From the NCBI GenBank assembly GCA_964653555.1, contig CAZZFT010000008.1, positions 10,467-74,466 of the forward strand: DNA of 64,000 nucleotides, written 5' to 3'. Of this stretch, positions 8,554 through 16,357 are shown piece after piece (positions within the stretch are counted from its first letter, which is position 1; every line of letters begins with the position of its first letter). Source of the DNA: an uncultured Spirochaetales bacterium. Its GTDB lineage: Bacteria > Myxococcota_A > UBA9160 > SMWR01. The translations under genes and the position numbers were made by a program. The notes under the pieces are model-generated. The model did not search any database. It was not told the origin of the DNA and worked only from the letters and a program-made list of their open reading frames with translations.

Positions 8554-9762
8554 GTGAGTGCGAGAGATGCGGCGGTGGACGAGGCCTGCCTGCTGATGGA
8601 GGCCTTCGCCGAGCGGACCGGGCTGGGCTCGGAGCGCGCGCCGCACCGCTATCTGTGGACGGACGCCTTCGCCGTCTGCAACGACCTCGCGCTGTGGCGC
8701 GCGACGAGAGCGGCGGGGCATCGGGAGCGGGCCCTCCAGCTGATCGAGCAGGTCCACCGGGTGCTCGGCCGCCATCGCCCGGACGACGCGCGGCGGGGCT
8801 GGATCAGCGGCCTCGGCGAGCGGGAGGGGGCGCTCCACCCCACGCGCGGCGGTCTGCGGATCGGCAAGCCGCTGCCCGAGCGTCCGGACGGCGCCCCCTT
8901 CGACGAGCGTCTCGAGTGGGATCGCGACGGCCAGTACTTCCACTACCTGACGCGCTGGATGCACGCCCTCGACCAGACCGCCCGCGCGACGCGCGACGCG
9001 CGCCTCAACACCTGGGCTCGCGAGCTCGCCGACGCGGCCCACCGCGCCTTCGTCTACGGCCCGCCCGGCCGACGCCAGATGGTGTGGAAGATGAGCATCG
9101 ACCTGTCGCGACCGCTGGTGCCGTCGATGGGACAGCACGACCCGCTGGACGGATGGATCACCTGCCTGCAGCTGCAGGCCACGGCCGATGCCCTGTCCGC
9201 GCCCGCAGAGCCGCGCCTCGACGATGCGTCGGCCGACTTCGCGCGCATGACCGAGGGGCGGAGCCTGGCGACGGCCGACCCGCTCGGCCTCGGCGGGCTG
9301 CTGATCGACGCCGGACTCGTCGCCCAGCTGATGGGGCAGGGCTCCCTGGCCGACGGTCTGCTGCTGGAGGCGCTGCTCGACGCGGCGCACGCGGGGCTCT
9401 CGCACTTCGCCCGGCGCGGCGATCTGCATCAGCCCGCCGCGCGCCGTCTGGCCTTCCGCGAGCTCGGCCTGGTGATCGGGCTCGCCGGTGTCGGTGGGAT
9501 CGCGCGGGCCCTCGAGCCGGCGAAGCTCGAGGAGGCGACCCGCGCTCGTCTCGTCGCCGAGCTCGACGCGCTCGCTCCCTACGCCGCGCTCGGCTCCCCG
9601 ATCGCCTCCTTCTGGCGCGACCCGGCTGCGCGGCGCGCGCCCTCCTGGTCGGCGCACCGCGACATCAACGACGTGATGCTCGCCGCCTGCCTGGTTCCCG
9701 AGGGCGTGCTGGCGCTGCGGCCCGCGCGCGAGGTACTGGCCGGTGCCCTTCGGGGCACGTGA
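8554..9762 (+). CDS. Conserved-looking hypothetical protein (helical repeat character), function unknown
   Basis: GTG 8554 within ORF 7069..9762: ...HRYLWTDAFAVCNDLALW...GWISGLGERE...GGLRIGKPLPERP...DGQYFHYLTRWMHALD... Composition is protein-like, unlike the ORF's upstream part. No family recognised. Confidence 0.7.
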   Translation: MSARDAAVDEACLLMEAFAERTGLGSERAPHRYLWTDAFAVCNDLALWRATRAAGHRERALQLIEQVHRVLGRHRPDDARRGWISGLGEREGALHPTRGGLRIGKPLPERPDGAPFDERLEWDRDGQYFHYLTRWMHALDQTARATRDARLNTWARELADAAHRAFVYGPPGRRQMVWKMSIDLSRPLVPSMGQHDPLDGWITCLQLQATADALSAPAEPRLDDASADFARMTEGRSLATADPLGLGGLLIDAGLVAQLMGQGSLADGLLLEALLDAAHAGLSHFARRGDLHQPAARRLAFRELGLVIGLAGVGGIARALEPAKLEEATRARLVAELDALAPYAALGSPIASFWRDPAARRAPSWSAHRDINDVMLAACLVPEGVLALRPAREVLAGALRGT

Positions 9763-9793
9763 GTTGCGAGACCGATTCGTGAAGGAGGACGCG

Positions 9794-10336
9794 ATGCAGG
9801 TGCAGTGGCATCACCCGGAGACGTTCACCGAGGCCGACCGGCAGACGGTGGAGGAGCGGATCGAGGCGCTGGCGGGAGACCACGGCGACCTGATCGACGT
9901 GAGGATCAGCGCGCGCACGACGGAGCATCACCGCCACGGCGCTCAGGAGGTGCGGGTCGTGTGCGCCGCGCGGGGCAAGGAGATCGTCGCCGCCCGGACC
10001 CGGCCCGATGCGGCGCTGGCGCTCCAGGAGGCGGTCGACGTGTTCGAGCGCGAGGTGTGGCGGATGCGCCACCGGCGCACCCAGCAGCGCCGCGAGCGTC
10101 CGGCGGAGCCGCCCGAGCTCGGCGTGGTGGACGAGATCCGGCGCGAGGAGGGGTGCGGATTCGTGATCACCGACGCGGGAGAGCGCGTCTACTTCCACCG
10201 AAACGCGGTCGGCCAGGGGCTCGCCTTCGACGGGCTCGTGGACGGGCAGCGGGTGGCGCTCAACATCGAGGCCGGCGCGAAGGGCCTCCAGGCGACCTTC
10301 ATCGCCGCCCCGCCGCCCGACGCACCGGGGCCGTGA
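9794..10336 (+). CDS. Fusion: HPF/RaiA (sigma54-modulation / ribosome hibernation) -like N-domain + cold-shock (CspA/S1-like OB) C-domain
   Basis: ATG 9794 after GAAGGAGGA. N-terminus: MQVQWHH...IEALAGDHGDLIDVRISART...EVRVVCAARGKEIVAARTRPDAALALQEAVDVFEREVWRMR (HPF-like beta-alpha-beta3-alpha pattern). C-terminus: GVVDEIRREEGCGFVITDAGERVYFHRNAV...DGQRVALNIEAGAKGLQA (CSD pattern). Confidence 0.8.
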   Translation: MQVQWHHPETFTEADRQTVEERIEALAGDHGDLIDVRISARTTEHHRHGAQEVRVVCAARGKEIVAARTRPDAALALQEAVDVFEREVWRMRHRRTQQRRERPAEPPELGVVDEIRREEGCGFVITDAGERVYFHRNAVGQGLAFDGLVDGQRVALNIEAGAKGLQATFIAAPPPDAPGP

Positions 10337-10365
10337 CCCATGGCGGCATTCGAGGAGGAGCAGGG

Positions 10366-11166
10366 ATGACGAGCCGGGTTCGCGACTGGATGACACCGGA
10401 CCCGGTCGCCGTGGCGGAGGACGCCGCGGCGCTCGAGGCCTTCGATCGCATGGTCGATCGGGGCATCCGCCACCTGCCGGTGATCGACGCGCAGCGGCGG
10501 GTGATCGGGATCCTGAGCATCGACGACCTGCGCGGCGCCTTCCCCTTCGAGGTCAGCGCCGTGCGTCCCCTCGCTCCCGAGGAGCGCGACCAGGCGCTCG
10601 ACTACCGCGTGAGCGACGTCATGACCTGGGCTCCGCGCACCACGACGGCGGATCTCTCCCTCGAGGAGGCCGCGCGCACGCTGGCGGAGCACCGGATCGG
10701 CTGCTTGCCGGTGGTGGACGCGGAGGAGCGCCTGACGGGCATCCTCTCGGAGACCGACGCCCTGCGCGCACTCGACGCGCTGCTGCGGCGCGAGCCGCCG
10801 CCGCCGAAACCGGCGGGTGCCGGGGAGGGGCTGGTCGAGGCGCTGTGGGCCGAACGCGAGCGACTCGTCGAGCAGCTCGCGAAGTGGCAGGACACCGAGC
10901 GCGTTCTCTCCGCCGACATCGGGGACGAGCCCCGCGACCGGGCGGAGCGCGCCACCGACGAGCGCGGCGTCGCCGACCTCGAGCCGCTCACCGCCCGGGC
11001 GGCCCGGCGCCTGCGCGCGATCGAGCGGGCGCTCGAAGCGGCCGAGCACGGACGCCTGGGGATCTGCGAGCGCTGTCAGGGGCGGATCCCCGCGACCCGG
11101 CTGCGCGCGCTGCCCGAGGCGACGCTGTGCGTGCGCTGCGCCCGCACGGCGGCCGAGGCAGGGTGA
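10366..11166 (+). CDS. Fusion: CBS-domain pair + coiled coil + DksA/TraR C4 zinc finger
   Basis: ATG 10366 within ORF 9805..11166. Two CBS repeats (RHLPVIDAQRRVIGILSIDDL; IGCLPVVDAEERLTGILSETDAL). The C-terminus GICERCQGRIPATRLRALPEATLCVRCA is the CxxC-N17-CxxC DksA/TraR finger. Confidence 0.85.
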   Translation: MTSRVRDWMTPDPVAVAEDAAALEAFDRMVDRGIRHLPVIDAQRRVIGILSIDDLRGAFPFEVSAVRPLAPEERDQALDYRVSDVMTWAPRTTTADLSLEEAARTLAEHRIGCLPVVDAEERLTGILSETDALRALDALLRREPPPPKPAGAGEGLVEALWAERERLVEQLAKWQDTERVLSADIGDEPRDRAERATDERGVADLEPLTARAARRLRAIERALEAAEHGRLGICERCQGRIPATRLRALPEATLCVRCARTAAEAG

Positions 11167-12629
11167 CAGGCTTGGCGATTCCCGCCGGGCTGCGCGCGAT
11201 CGCGCCGGATCTGTGGGAGATCGGTCCGGGCTTCCGGCCCGGAATGCGCGTGCCGGTGCACATCTTCGCCAGCGAGAAGCTTCTCGGCGAGATGGACGAC
11301 ACGGTGTTCGCCCAGGCCGCGAACGTGGCGACGCTGCCGGGGATCGTGGGTGCGAGCCTGTGCATGCCCGACGCCCACTGGGGCTACGGGTTCCCGATCG
11401 GCGGCGTTGCGGCGATGGATCCCGACACCGGCGTGATCTCGCCCGGCGGCATCGGCTTCGACATCAACTGTGGCATGCGGCTGGTTCGCACGAACCTCGG
11501 CTGGCACGAGGTGCGTCCGCGGATCGCCGAGCTCGTCGACGCTCTGGCCGAGCGCGTCCCCGCCGGCGTGGGGTCGGAGGGCTTCGTGCGACTCGACGCC
11601 GCGTCGCTGGCGCGGGTGATGCTAGGCGGCGCACGCTGGGCCGTGGAGCACGGCTTCGGGGACGAGCGCGACCTCGAGCGCACCGAGTCCGGCGGCTGCT
11701 TTCCCGGCGCCGATCCCGCCCAGGTGAGCGAGCGCGCCCTGCGCCGCGGCGAGAGTCAGCTCGGCACACTCGGATCGGGCAACCACTATCTCGAGGTGCA
11801 GATCCTCCCGCCTGACGGGATCCTCGACGAACCCCTCGCGCGGGCCTTCGGCCTCGACCGCCCGGGCCAGGTGGCGGTGATGTTCCACTGCGGCAGCCGC
11901 GGCTTCGGTCACCAGGTGGCCACCGACTACCTCGAGACGTTCCTGGACGCGATGCCGAGCCGCTACGGTCTCCCGGTGATCGACCGGGAGCTGGCGTGCG
12001 CGCCGTTCCGATCGCCCGACGGCCAGTCCTACTTCGCGGCGATGGGCTGCGCGGCCAACATGGCCTTCGCCAACCGCCAGGTGATCCTGCACCGGATCCG
12101 CGGGGTTTTCGCCGACGTGTTCGGCCAGAGTCCGGGAGCGCTCGGCCTCGAGACCGTCTACGACGTCGCCCACAACACGGCGAAGCTCGAGCGTCACCGC
12201 GTGGACGGTCGGGAGCGCGAGCTGCTGGTGCACCGCAAGGGCGCCACCCGCGCCTTTCCGCCCGGCCACCCGGAGCTGCCCGCGTGCTACCGCGAAACCG
12301 GCCAGCCGGTGATCGTCGGCGGGAGCATGGAGACCGGCTCCTATGTGCTCGCGGGCGTTGCGCAGGGCGCCGCGAGCTTCTTCAGCAGCGCCCACGGAAG
12401 CGGGCGGACGATGAGCAGGACGCGGGCTCGCAAGCTCGTGCGCGGGGAGGTGCTGCGGCAGCGGATGGCCGAGCGCGGGATCGAGGTGCGCGCGGCCTCC
12501 CTGCGCGGCCTCGCCGAGGAGGCGGGCTTCGCCTACAAGAGTGTGGACGAGGTGGCGCAGGCGACGGAAGTGGCCGGGATCTCCCGCCGCGTCGCGCGGC
12601 TGCTTCCCGTCGGCAACGTGAAGGGATGA
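11163..12629 (+). CDS. rtcB: RNA-splicing ligase RtcB (3'-phosphate/5'-OH RNA ligase)
   Basis: GTG 11163 overlaps the upstream stop (GTGA). Motifs MPDAHWGYGFPIGG, GGIGFDINCG, GSGNHYLEVQ, HCGSRGFGHQ, HRKGATRA, SAHGSGR. Confidence 0.95.
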   Translation: MTGLAIPAGLRAIAPDLWEIGPGFRPGMRVPVHIFASEKLLGEMDDTVFAQAANVATLPGIVGASLCMPDAHWGYGFPIGGVAAMDPDTGVISPGGIGFDINCGMRLVRTNLGWHEVRPRIAELVDALAERVPAGVGSEGFVRLDAASLARVMLGGARWAVEHGFGDERDLERTESGGCFPGADPAQVSERALRRGESQLGTLGSGNHYLEVQILPPDGILDEPLARAFGLDRPGQVAVMFHCGSRGFGHQVATDYLETFLDAMPSRYGLPVIDRELACAPFRSPDGQSYFAAMGCAANMAFANRQVILHRIRGVFADVFGQSPGALGLETVYDVAHNTAKLERHRVDGRERELLVHRKGATRAFPPGHPELPACYRETGQPVIVGGSMETGSYVLAGVAQGAASFFSSAHGSGRTMSRTRARKLVRGEVLRQRMAERGIEVRAASLRGLAEEAGFAYKSVDEVAQATEVAGISRRVARLLPVGNVKG

Positions 12630-13066
12630 AGGCCAGCGCGGTCGAGTACGAGTTCCGCGACGCGGTGACGAGCGACCTCGCCGTCGAGCTCCGGGCTCCG
12701 ACGTTGGAGGGCGTGTTCACCGCACTCGCCGACGCTCTGGTGGCGGCGACTCTCGAGCATCCCGAGGCGCTGCGCACGGCACGGAGACGAAGCGTCGAGC
12801 TGGACGCCCCCGATCTCGAGCGGCTGCTCCTGCGCTTCGCCAACGAGCTGATCTTCCTGCGCGACGCCGAGCGCCTCGTGCTGCGCGCCGAGCGCGTCGC
12901 GGTGCACGCGGACGGCGTCGCTCGCCTGTCCGCCGAGCTCGTCGGGGAGCCGATCGACCGGGACCGCCACGGTGTCGGGGCCGACGTCAAGGCTGCGACG
13001 GCACACGGCCTCGCCCTCGGCCGGGTCGGTGAGGGCTGGCGAGCCCGCATGACCTTCGACGTGTGA
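12626..13066 (+). CDS. Archease (RtcB activator)
   Basis: ATG 12626 overlaps the rtcB stop (ATGA). MKASAVEYEFRDAVTSDLAVELRAPTLEGVF...VKAATAHGLAL...WRARMTFDV matches the archease N- and C-terminal conserved blocks. Confidence 0.88.
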   Translation: MKASAVEYEFRDAVTSDLAVELRAPTLEGVFTALADALVAATLEHPEALRTARRRSVELDAPDLERLLLRFANELIFLRDAERLVLRAERVAVHADGVARLSAELVGEPIDRDRHGVGADVKAATAHGLALGRVGEGWRARMTFDV

Positions 13067-13156
13067 GCGCTGAGCTCCGCTCTGGGTCGCACGTCCTCAT
13101 CGCTGGGGCTGTCGGCCCCGCGCGAGTCACGGAGCCGCGGTCCGCGGGGGTGCGGA

Positions 13157-13173
13157 CTGGCACGCGGGATGCA
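13157..13173 (+). promoter_or_regulatory. Candidate sigma54 (-24/-12) promoter upstream of hsp20
   Basis: CTGGCACGCGGGATGCA: perfect CTGGCACG, GC at the exact 12-nt spacing (ATGCA vs TTGCA). About 57 nt upstream of ATG 13230, in a 163-nt intergenic gap. Confidence 0.45.
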
Positions 13174-13229
13174 GCCTGTCGGGCAGGGCGACGGGGTTGC
13201 CGGCGCCGGAGACGAGGGGGGAGCGGGCG

Positions 13230-13724
13230 ATGTCGGCACGAAATCTCCTGCCCTGGAACTGGGGGACGAAGAGGGTCCCGGTGCGCGGCGAGGAGCTGCC
13301 GCTCCGCTCGCTGCACCGGGAGATGAACCGCTTCTTCGGCGACTTCTCGCGTGACTTCGGCCTGTCGGTCTGGGGCGGCGAGAGCGGGGCGTTCGCGCCC
13401 GACATCGATGTGGAGGAGGACGACGACGCGATCCGCGTCGACGTCGAGCTTCCCGGTGTGGACGAGAAGGACGTGGACGTCTCGCTGCGCGACGACCAGC
13501 TGGTCGTGCGCGGCGAGAAGCGCGAGGAGCGCACGGAGAAGAGGCGGGGCGAGCGCTGGACGGAGCGGCGCTTCGGCGCCTTCGTCCGCGCGATCCCGCT
13601 GCCCTGCGAGGTGGACCGCGAGCGGGTGGAGGCGTCCTTCCGCCGGGGCGTGCTGCACGTGGACCTGCCGAAGACCGCCGAGGCGCGCCGCGAGGGTCGG
13701 CGGATCGAGGTCCGGGCGGGCTAG
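13230..13724 (+). CDS. Hsp20/alpha-crystallin family small heat-shock protein
   Basis: Inner ATG 13230 (MSARNLLPWNW...). Alpha-crystallin core: PDIDVEEDDDAIRVDVELPGVDEKDVDVSL...LVVRGEK...FGAFVRAIPLP...ASFRRGVLHVDLPK. Confidence 0.92.
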   Translation: MSARNLLPWNWGTKRVPVRGEELPLRSLHREMNRFFGDFSRDFGLSVWGGESGAFAPDIDVEEDDDAIRVDVELPGVDEKDVDVSLRDDQLVVRGEKREERTEKRRGERWTERRFGAFVRAIPLPCEVDRERVEASFRRGVLHVDLPKTAEARREGRRIEVRAG

Positions 13725-13743
13725 CGAGAGGGAGGAGGACACG

Positions 13744-13992
13744 ATGATTCCGGAACCCGAGGACGAGCGCGATCGGGGCGACGTGTGCAGCGTGTGCGGG
13801 GCGCGCGTGGCGGCGGACACGGACCGGGGCTTTGCCTTCGGGACCGAGAACGTGCTGTGCTTCGGTTGCGCCGAGCTGCGCGGGGGACGTTTCGACGCCC
13901 GGCGCGACGTATGGGATCCGCCGCCCGACCTCTCGGACGTTCCGGACGAGGCCTACGGCGCGGCCCCCCACGAGATTCGACGGGGTCGCTGA
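13744..13992 (+). CDS. Small Zn-ribbon-like hypothetical protein (82 aa)
   Basis: ATG 13744 after GGGAGGAGGA SD, 19 nt after the hsp20 stop. MIPEPEDERDRGDVCSVCGARV...NVLCFGCAELRGG gives a CxxC...CxxC arrangement. Confidence 0.6.
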   Translation: MIPEPEDERDRGDVCSVCGARVAADTDRGFAFGTENVLCFGCAELRGGRFDARRDVWDPPPDLSDVPDEAYGAAPHEIRRGR

Positions 13993-14010
13993 CCTCGCGG
14001 GAGCAGGATA

Positions 14011-14337
14011 TTGCGGGTGAACAGAGACGAGGCGGTCCGCCGCCAGCTGGAGAGTCGACTCGCGCAGCTGCTGGCGCGGGCCGGGAAGATCGAGGCGGAC
14101 CTGCGCAAGCCCGGGGACCGGGACTGGCAGGAGCGCGCGACCGAGCGCGCCAACGACGAGGTGCTGGAGCGGCTCGACGCCGCGGAACGCGGCGAGGTGC
14201 AGGAGATCCGCGCCGCCCTCGCGCGTCTCGAGGACGGGCGCTATGGGGTGTGCGAGCGCTGCCGCGGCGCGATCTCAGCCGAGCGGCTCTCGGCGCTCCC
14301 CGCGACCCAGACCTGCGTTGCCTGCGCGCCGGCCTAG
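14011..14337 (+). CDS. TraR/DksA family C4 zinc-finger protein
   Basis: TTG 14011 (GTG 14017 alternative). Coiled-coil N-terminus, then GVCERCRGAISAERLSALPATQTCVACA finger. Confidence 0.85.
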   Translation: MRVNRDEAVRRQLESRLAQLLARAGKIEADLRKPGDRDWQERATERANDEVLERLDAAERGEVQEIRAALARLEDGRYGVCERCRGAISAERLSALPATQTCVACAPA

Positions 14338-14349
14338 CCCGGGCGGGAG

Positions 14350-14406
14350 CCCGCCCTCGCTCGCCTGCGGGTCGCTGCGCGTCGGCCGACTCTCGAGTCG
14401 GCCTGC
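14350..14406. repeat. REP-like intergenic palindromic element, copy A
   Basis: cccgccCtcgctcgcctgcggGtcgcTgcgcgtcggccgactctcgagtcggcctGc. About 93% identical to copy C (38510..38566). Core hairpin ggccgactc-tc/ga-gagtcggcc at 14384..14403. Sits between convergent stops at 14337 and 14406. Confidence 0.6.
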
Positions 14407-15656
14407 TAGCCCCCGCCACCCGGCCAGAAGGTCAACAGCCCGGTCCCCAGCGCCAAGGCCGTTCCGAACAGCGCCACCACCCAGCGGCGCAGCTCGGCGT
14501 GCCCGAGCGCGCAGGCGGCGACGCCCTTGAAGGCCAGGTTCGCCATCACGCCGGTCAGCACCAGGCGCCAGCCGATCGCGGGCTCCACGCGACCGAGCTC
14601 GAGCATCCGTGCGATCGACAGCGTGATGGCGTCCACGTCGGTCAGGCCGGAGAGCGTCGCCACCGCGTACAGGCCGCGCTCGCCCAGCCATTGGCGGGCC
14701 GCGGCGACGCCCAGCAGCACGGCCGCGTAGAGGAGCCCGAAGCCGACCGCCGCACGCAGGTCCGAGGGCGCGTGGTCGAGCCGCGCCATCGGCAGCCGAT
14801 CGCGCGTGAGGACGTATACGATCGCGCACAGCCCCGCCATGAAGGCGAACATCGCGATCAGCGGGCGAGCCAGCACGCCGAACACGTCCGGGGCCACCAG
14901 CGCCGCGAGCAGCAGCATGCGCGGGAGTACCACGGTCGAGGAAAGGGCGAGCACGAGCGCCGTGGCCGGCACGCGGCGGGGCGCGTCGCGCGTGCGCCGC
15001 GCATAGCTCACGGTGGTGGCGGTGCTCGAGATCAGCCCTCCGAGCACGCCCGCGGCGATCGTGCCGAGGTTCGGTCCGACCAGCCTGTGGGCGAGATAGG
15101 CGCCCAGGCTGATGCTCACGATCAGCACCACCATCGACCAGATCTGGAACGGATTCAGCACCTGGAAGGGGCCGAAGCTGCGGTTCGGCAGTGCGGGCAG
15201 GATGACGAGTCCGATCAGCACGAGCTGCATGACCGAGCGCACCTCGTCCTCGCCGATGCGCCGCACGAACTCGTGGAGGGGGCGCTTCCAGTGCAGCAGC
15301 ACCGCGACGGCGCCGGACACGGCAACCGCGCTGACGGCCTGACCCCGGGCGACCACGGCGCCGACGACGAACATCACCAGCAGCGCCACCTCGGTCGTGA
15401 TGCCCGTCTCGGGATTCTCGCCGGAGTGGCTCTCCCGGCTTCCGCTCCACACGATCGCCGCCAGGGCGAGGATCCCCGCGGCCAGGAGCCAGCCCCCGAA
15501 GGCCGTGGTGAGCTGGGCGGTCAGCGTGCCCAGCAGCGTGACGAGCGGGAAGGTGCGGATCCCCGCCAGCCGCTTCGCCGCCCATTCGCGCTGGAAGCCC
15601 ACCAGGAGACCGAGGCCCAGCGACAGGGCCAGGTGATAGGTTTGGTTCCAATCCAC
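14406..15656 (-). CDS. MgtC/SapB-family + DUF4010-type integral membrane protein
   Basis: GTG 15656. MDWNQTYHLALSLGLGLLVGFQREW...GIRTFPLV (MgtC N-terminal signature), followed by about 10 further hydrophobic segments. Confidence 0.88.
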   Translation of the reverse strand: MDWNQTYHLALSLGLGLLVGFQREWAAKRLAGIRTFPLVTLLGTLTAQLTTAFGGWLLAAGILALAAIVWSGSRESHSGENPETGITTEVALLVMFVVGAVVARGQAVSAVAVSGAVAVLLHWKRPLHEFVRRIGEDEVRSVMQLVLIGLVILPALPNRSFGPFQVLNPFQIWSMVVLIVSISLGAYLAHRLVGPNLGTIAAGVLGGLISSTATTVSYARRTRDAPRRVPATALVLALSSTVVLPRMLLLAALVAPDVFGVLARPLIAMFAFMAGLCAIVYVLTRDRLPMARLDHAPSDLRAAVGFGLLYAAVLLGVAAARQWLGERGLYAVATLSGLTDVDAITLSIARMLELGRVEPAIGWRLVLTGVMANLAFKGVAACALGHAELRRWVVALFGTALALGTGLLTFWPGGGG

Positions 15657-15693
15657 GGCAGGGGGAAGCTACACCCTCGTCACGAGCTGGCGA

Positions 15694-16200
15694 TCAGTCG
15701 CGCACCCAGCGCACGCGCACCAGATTCTCGCGCTCGGCCGAGGTGGGCGGCTGCTCGAGCCGTCCCGAGTAGGCCTTGTGGAGCGCGCGGCCCAGCGCCT
15801 GGACGAGCTTGGCGTCGGTCGTCTCGGCGACGAAGCCCTGGGCGGTCTCCTCGATCGCGATCAGGCGCTTGAGCGGGTGGCTCGCGCGCTCGCGCTCCTC
15901 CACGTGGCGCATCAGTCGGATCAGCTCATCCCGGTGCGTCAGCGCGAAGGTCCCCTCCGCGCGCAGCTCGCCGGCCGGATAGCGGTCGGTGATCCGCTGG
16001 CAGGCCGGACATACCTTCCGGTAGGCGTCGGCCGGCGCGGGCTCCCAGGTCCAGCGCCCCTGTCGATAGCTCGCGCCGCAATCGGGACAGGCGGCGAGCT
16101 CCGGATGCTTCTCGACGTCTCCGCCCGCCGGCTCGGGCGTCCGCCGAAGCGGGCGGGGCGCGGCGGACGAGGAGTGCGTGGGGGAGCGCTTGCGACGCAT
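15694..16200 (-). CDS. Zn-ribbon (CxxC x2) NMD3-like / BCAM0308-like hypothetical protein
   Basis: ATG 16200 with GGAGG SD. ...CPDCGASYRQGRWTW...VCPACQRITDRYPAGEL...HPLKRLIAIEE... Family name is from memory and tentative. Confidence 0.72.
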   Translation of the reverse strand: MRRKRSPTHSSSAAPRPLRRTPEPAGGDVEKHPELAACPDCGASYRQGRWTWEPAPADAYRKVCPACQRITDRYPAGELRAEGTFALTHRDELIRLMRHVEERERASHPLKRLIAIEETAQGFVAETTDAKLVQALGRALHKAYSGRLEQPPTSAERENLVRVRWVRD

Positions 16201-16300
16201 AGTGCGAAACCTCCTTCGCAGCGAACGAGGCGTCCCGCCTCGATGTGTCGCGAGTTGGGACGCGATGGGACACCGCCCACTCGCCCGGCGGGCCGCGCCA

Positions 16301-16349
16301 GGAGCCGACTCGGAGAGTCGGCCGACGCGCGGCGAGCGACGGCGAGCTC
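16301..16349. repeat. REP-like intergenic palindromic element, copy B (inverted orientation)
   Basis: The reverse complement gagctcgccgtcgctcgccgcgcgtcggccgactctccgagtcggctcc aligns with copies A and C (shared ctcgccgcgcgtcggccgactct(c)cgagtcggc). Lies just 3' of the minus-strand gene ending at 16358. Confidence 0.5.
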
Positions 16350-16357
16350 CTGCCGGA

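Noticed and set aside
13785-15872. 695-aa plus-strand ORF spanning the DksA-like, MgtC and Zn-ribbon gene regions
   Set aside because: A composite of alternate frames, Arg/Gly/His/Gln-rich. It conflicts with well-supported genes on both strands.
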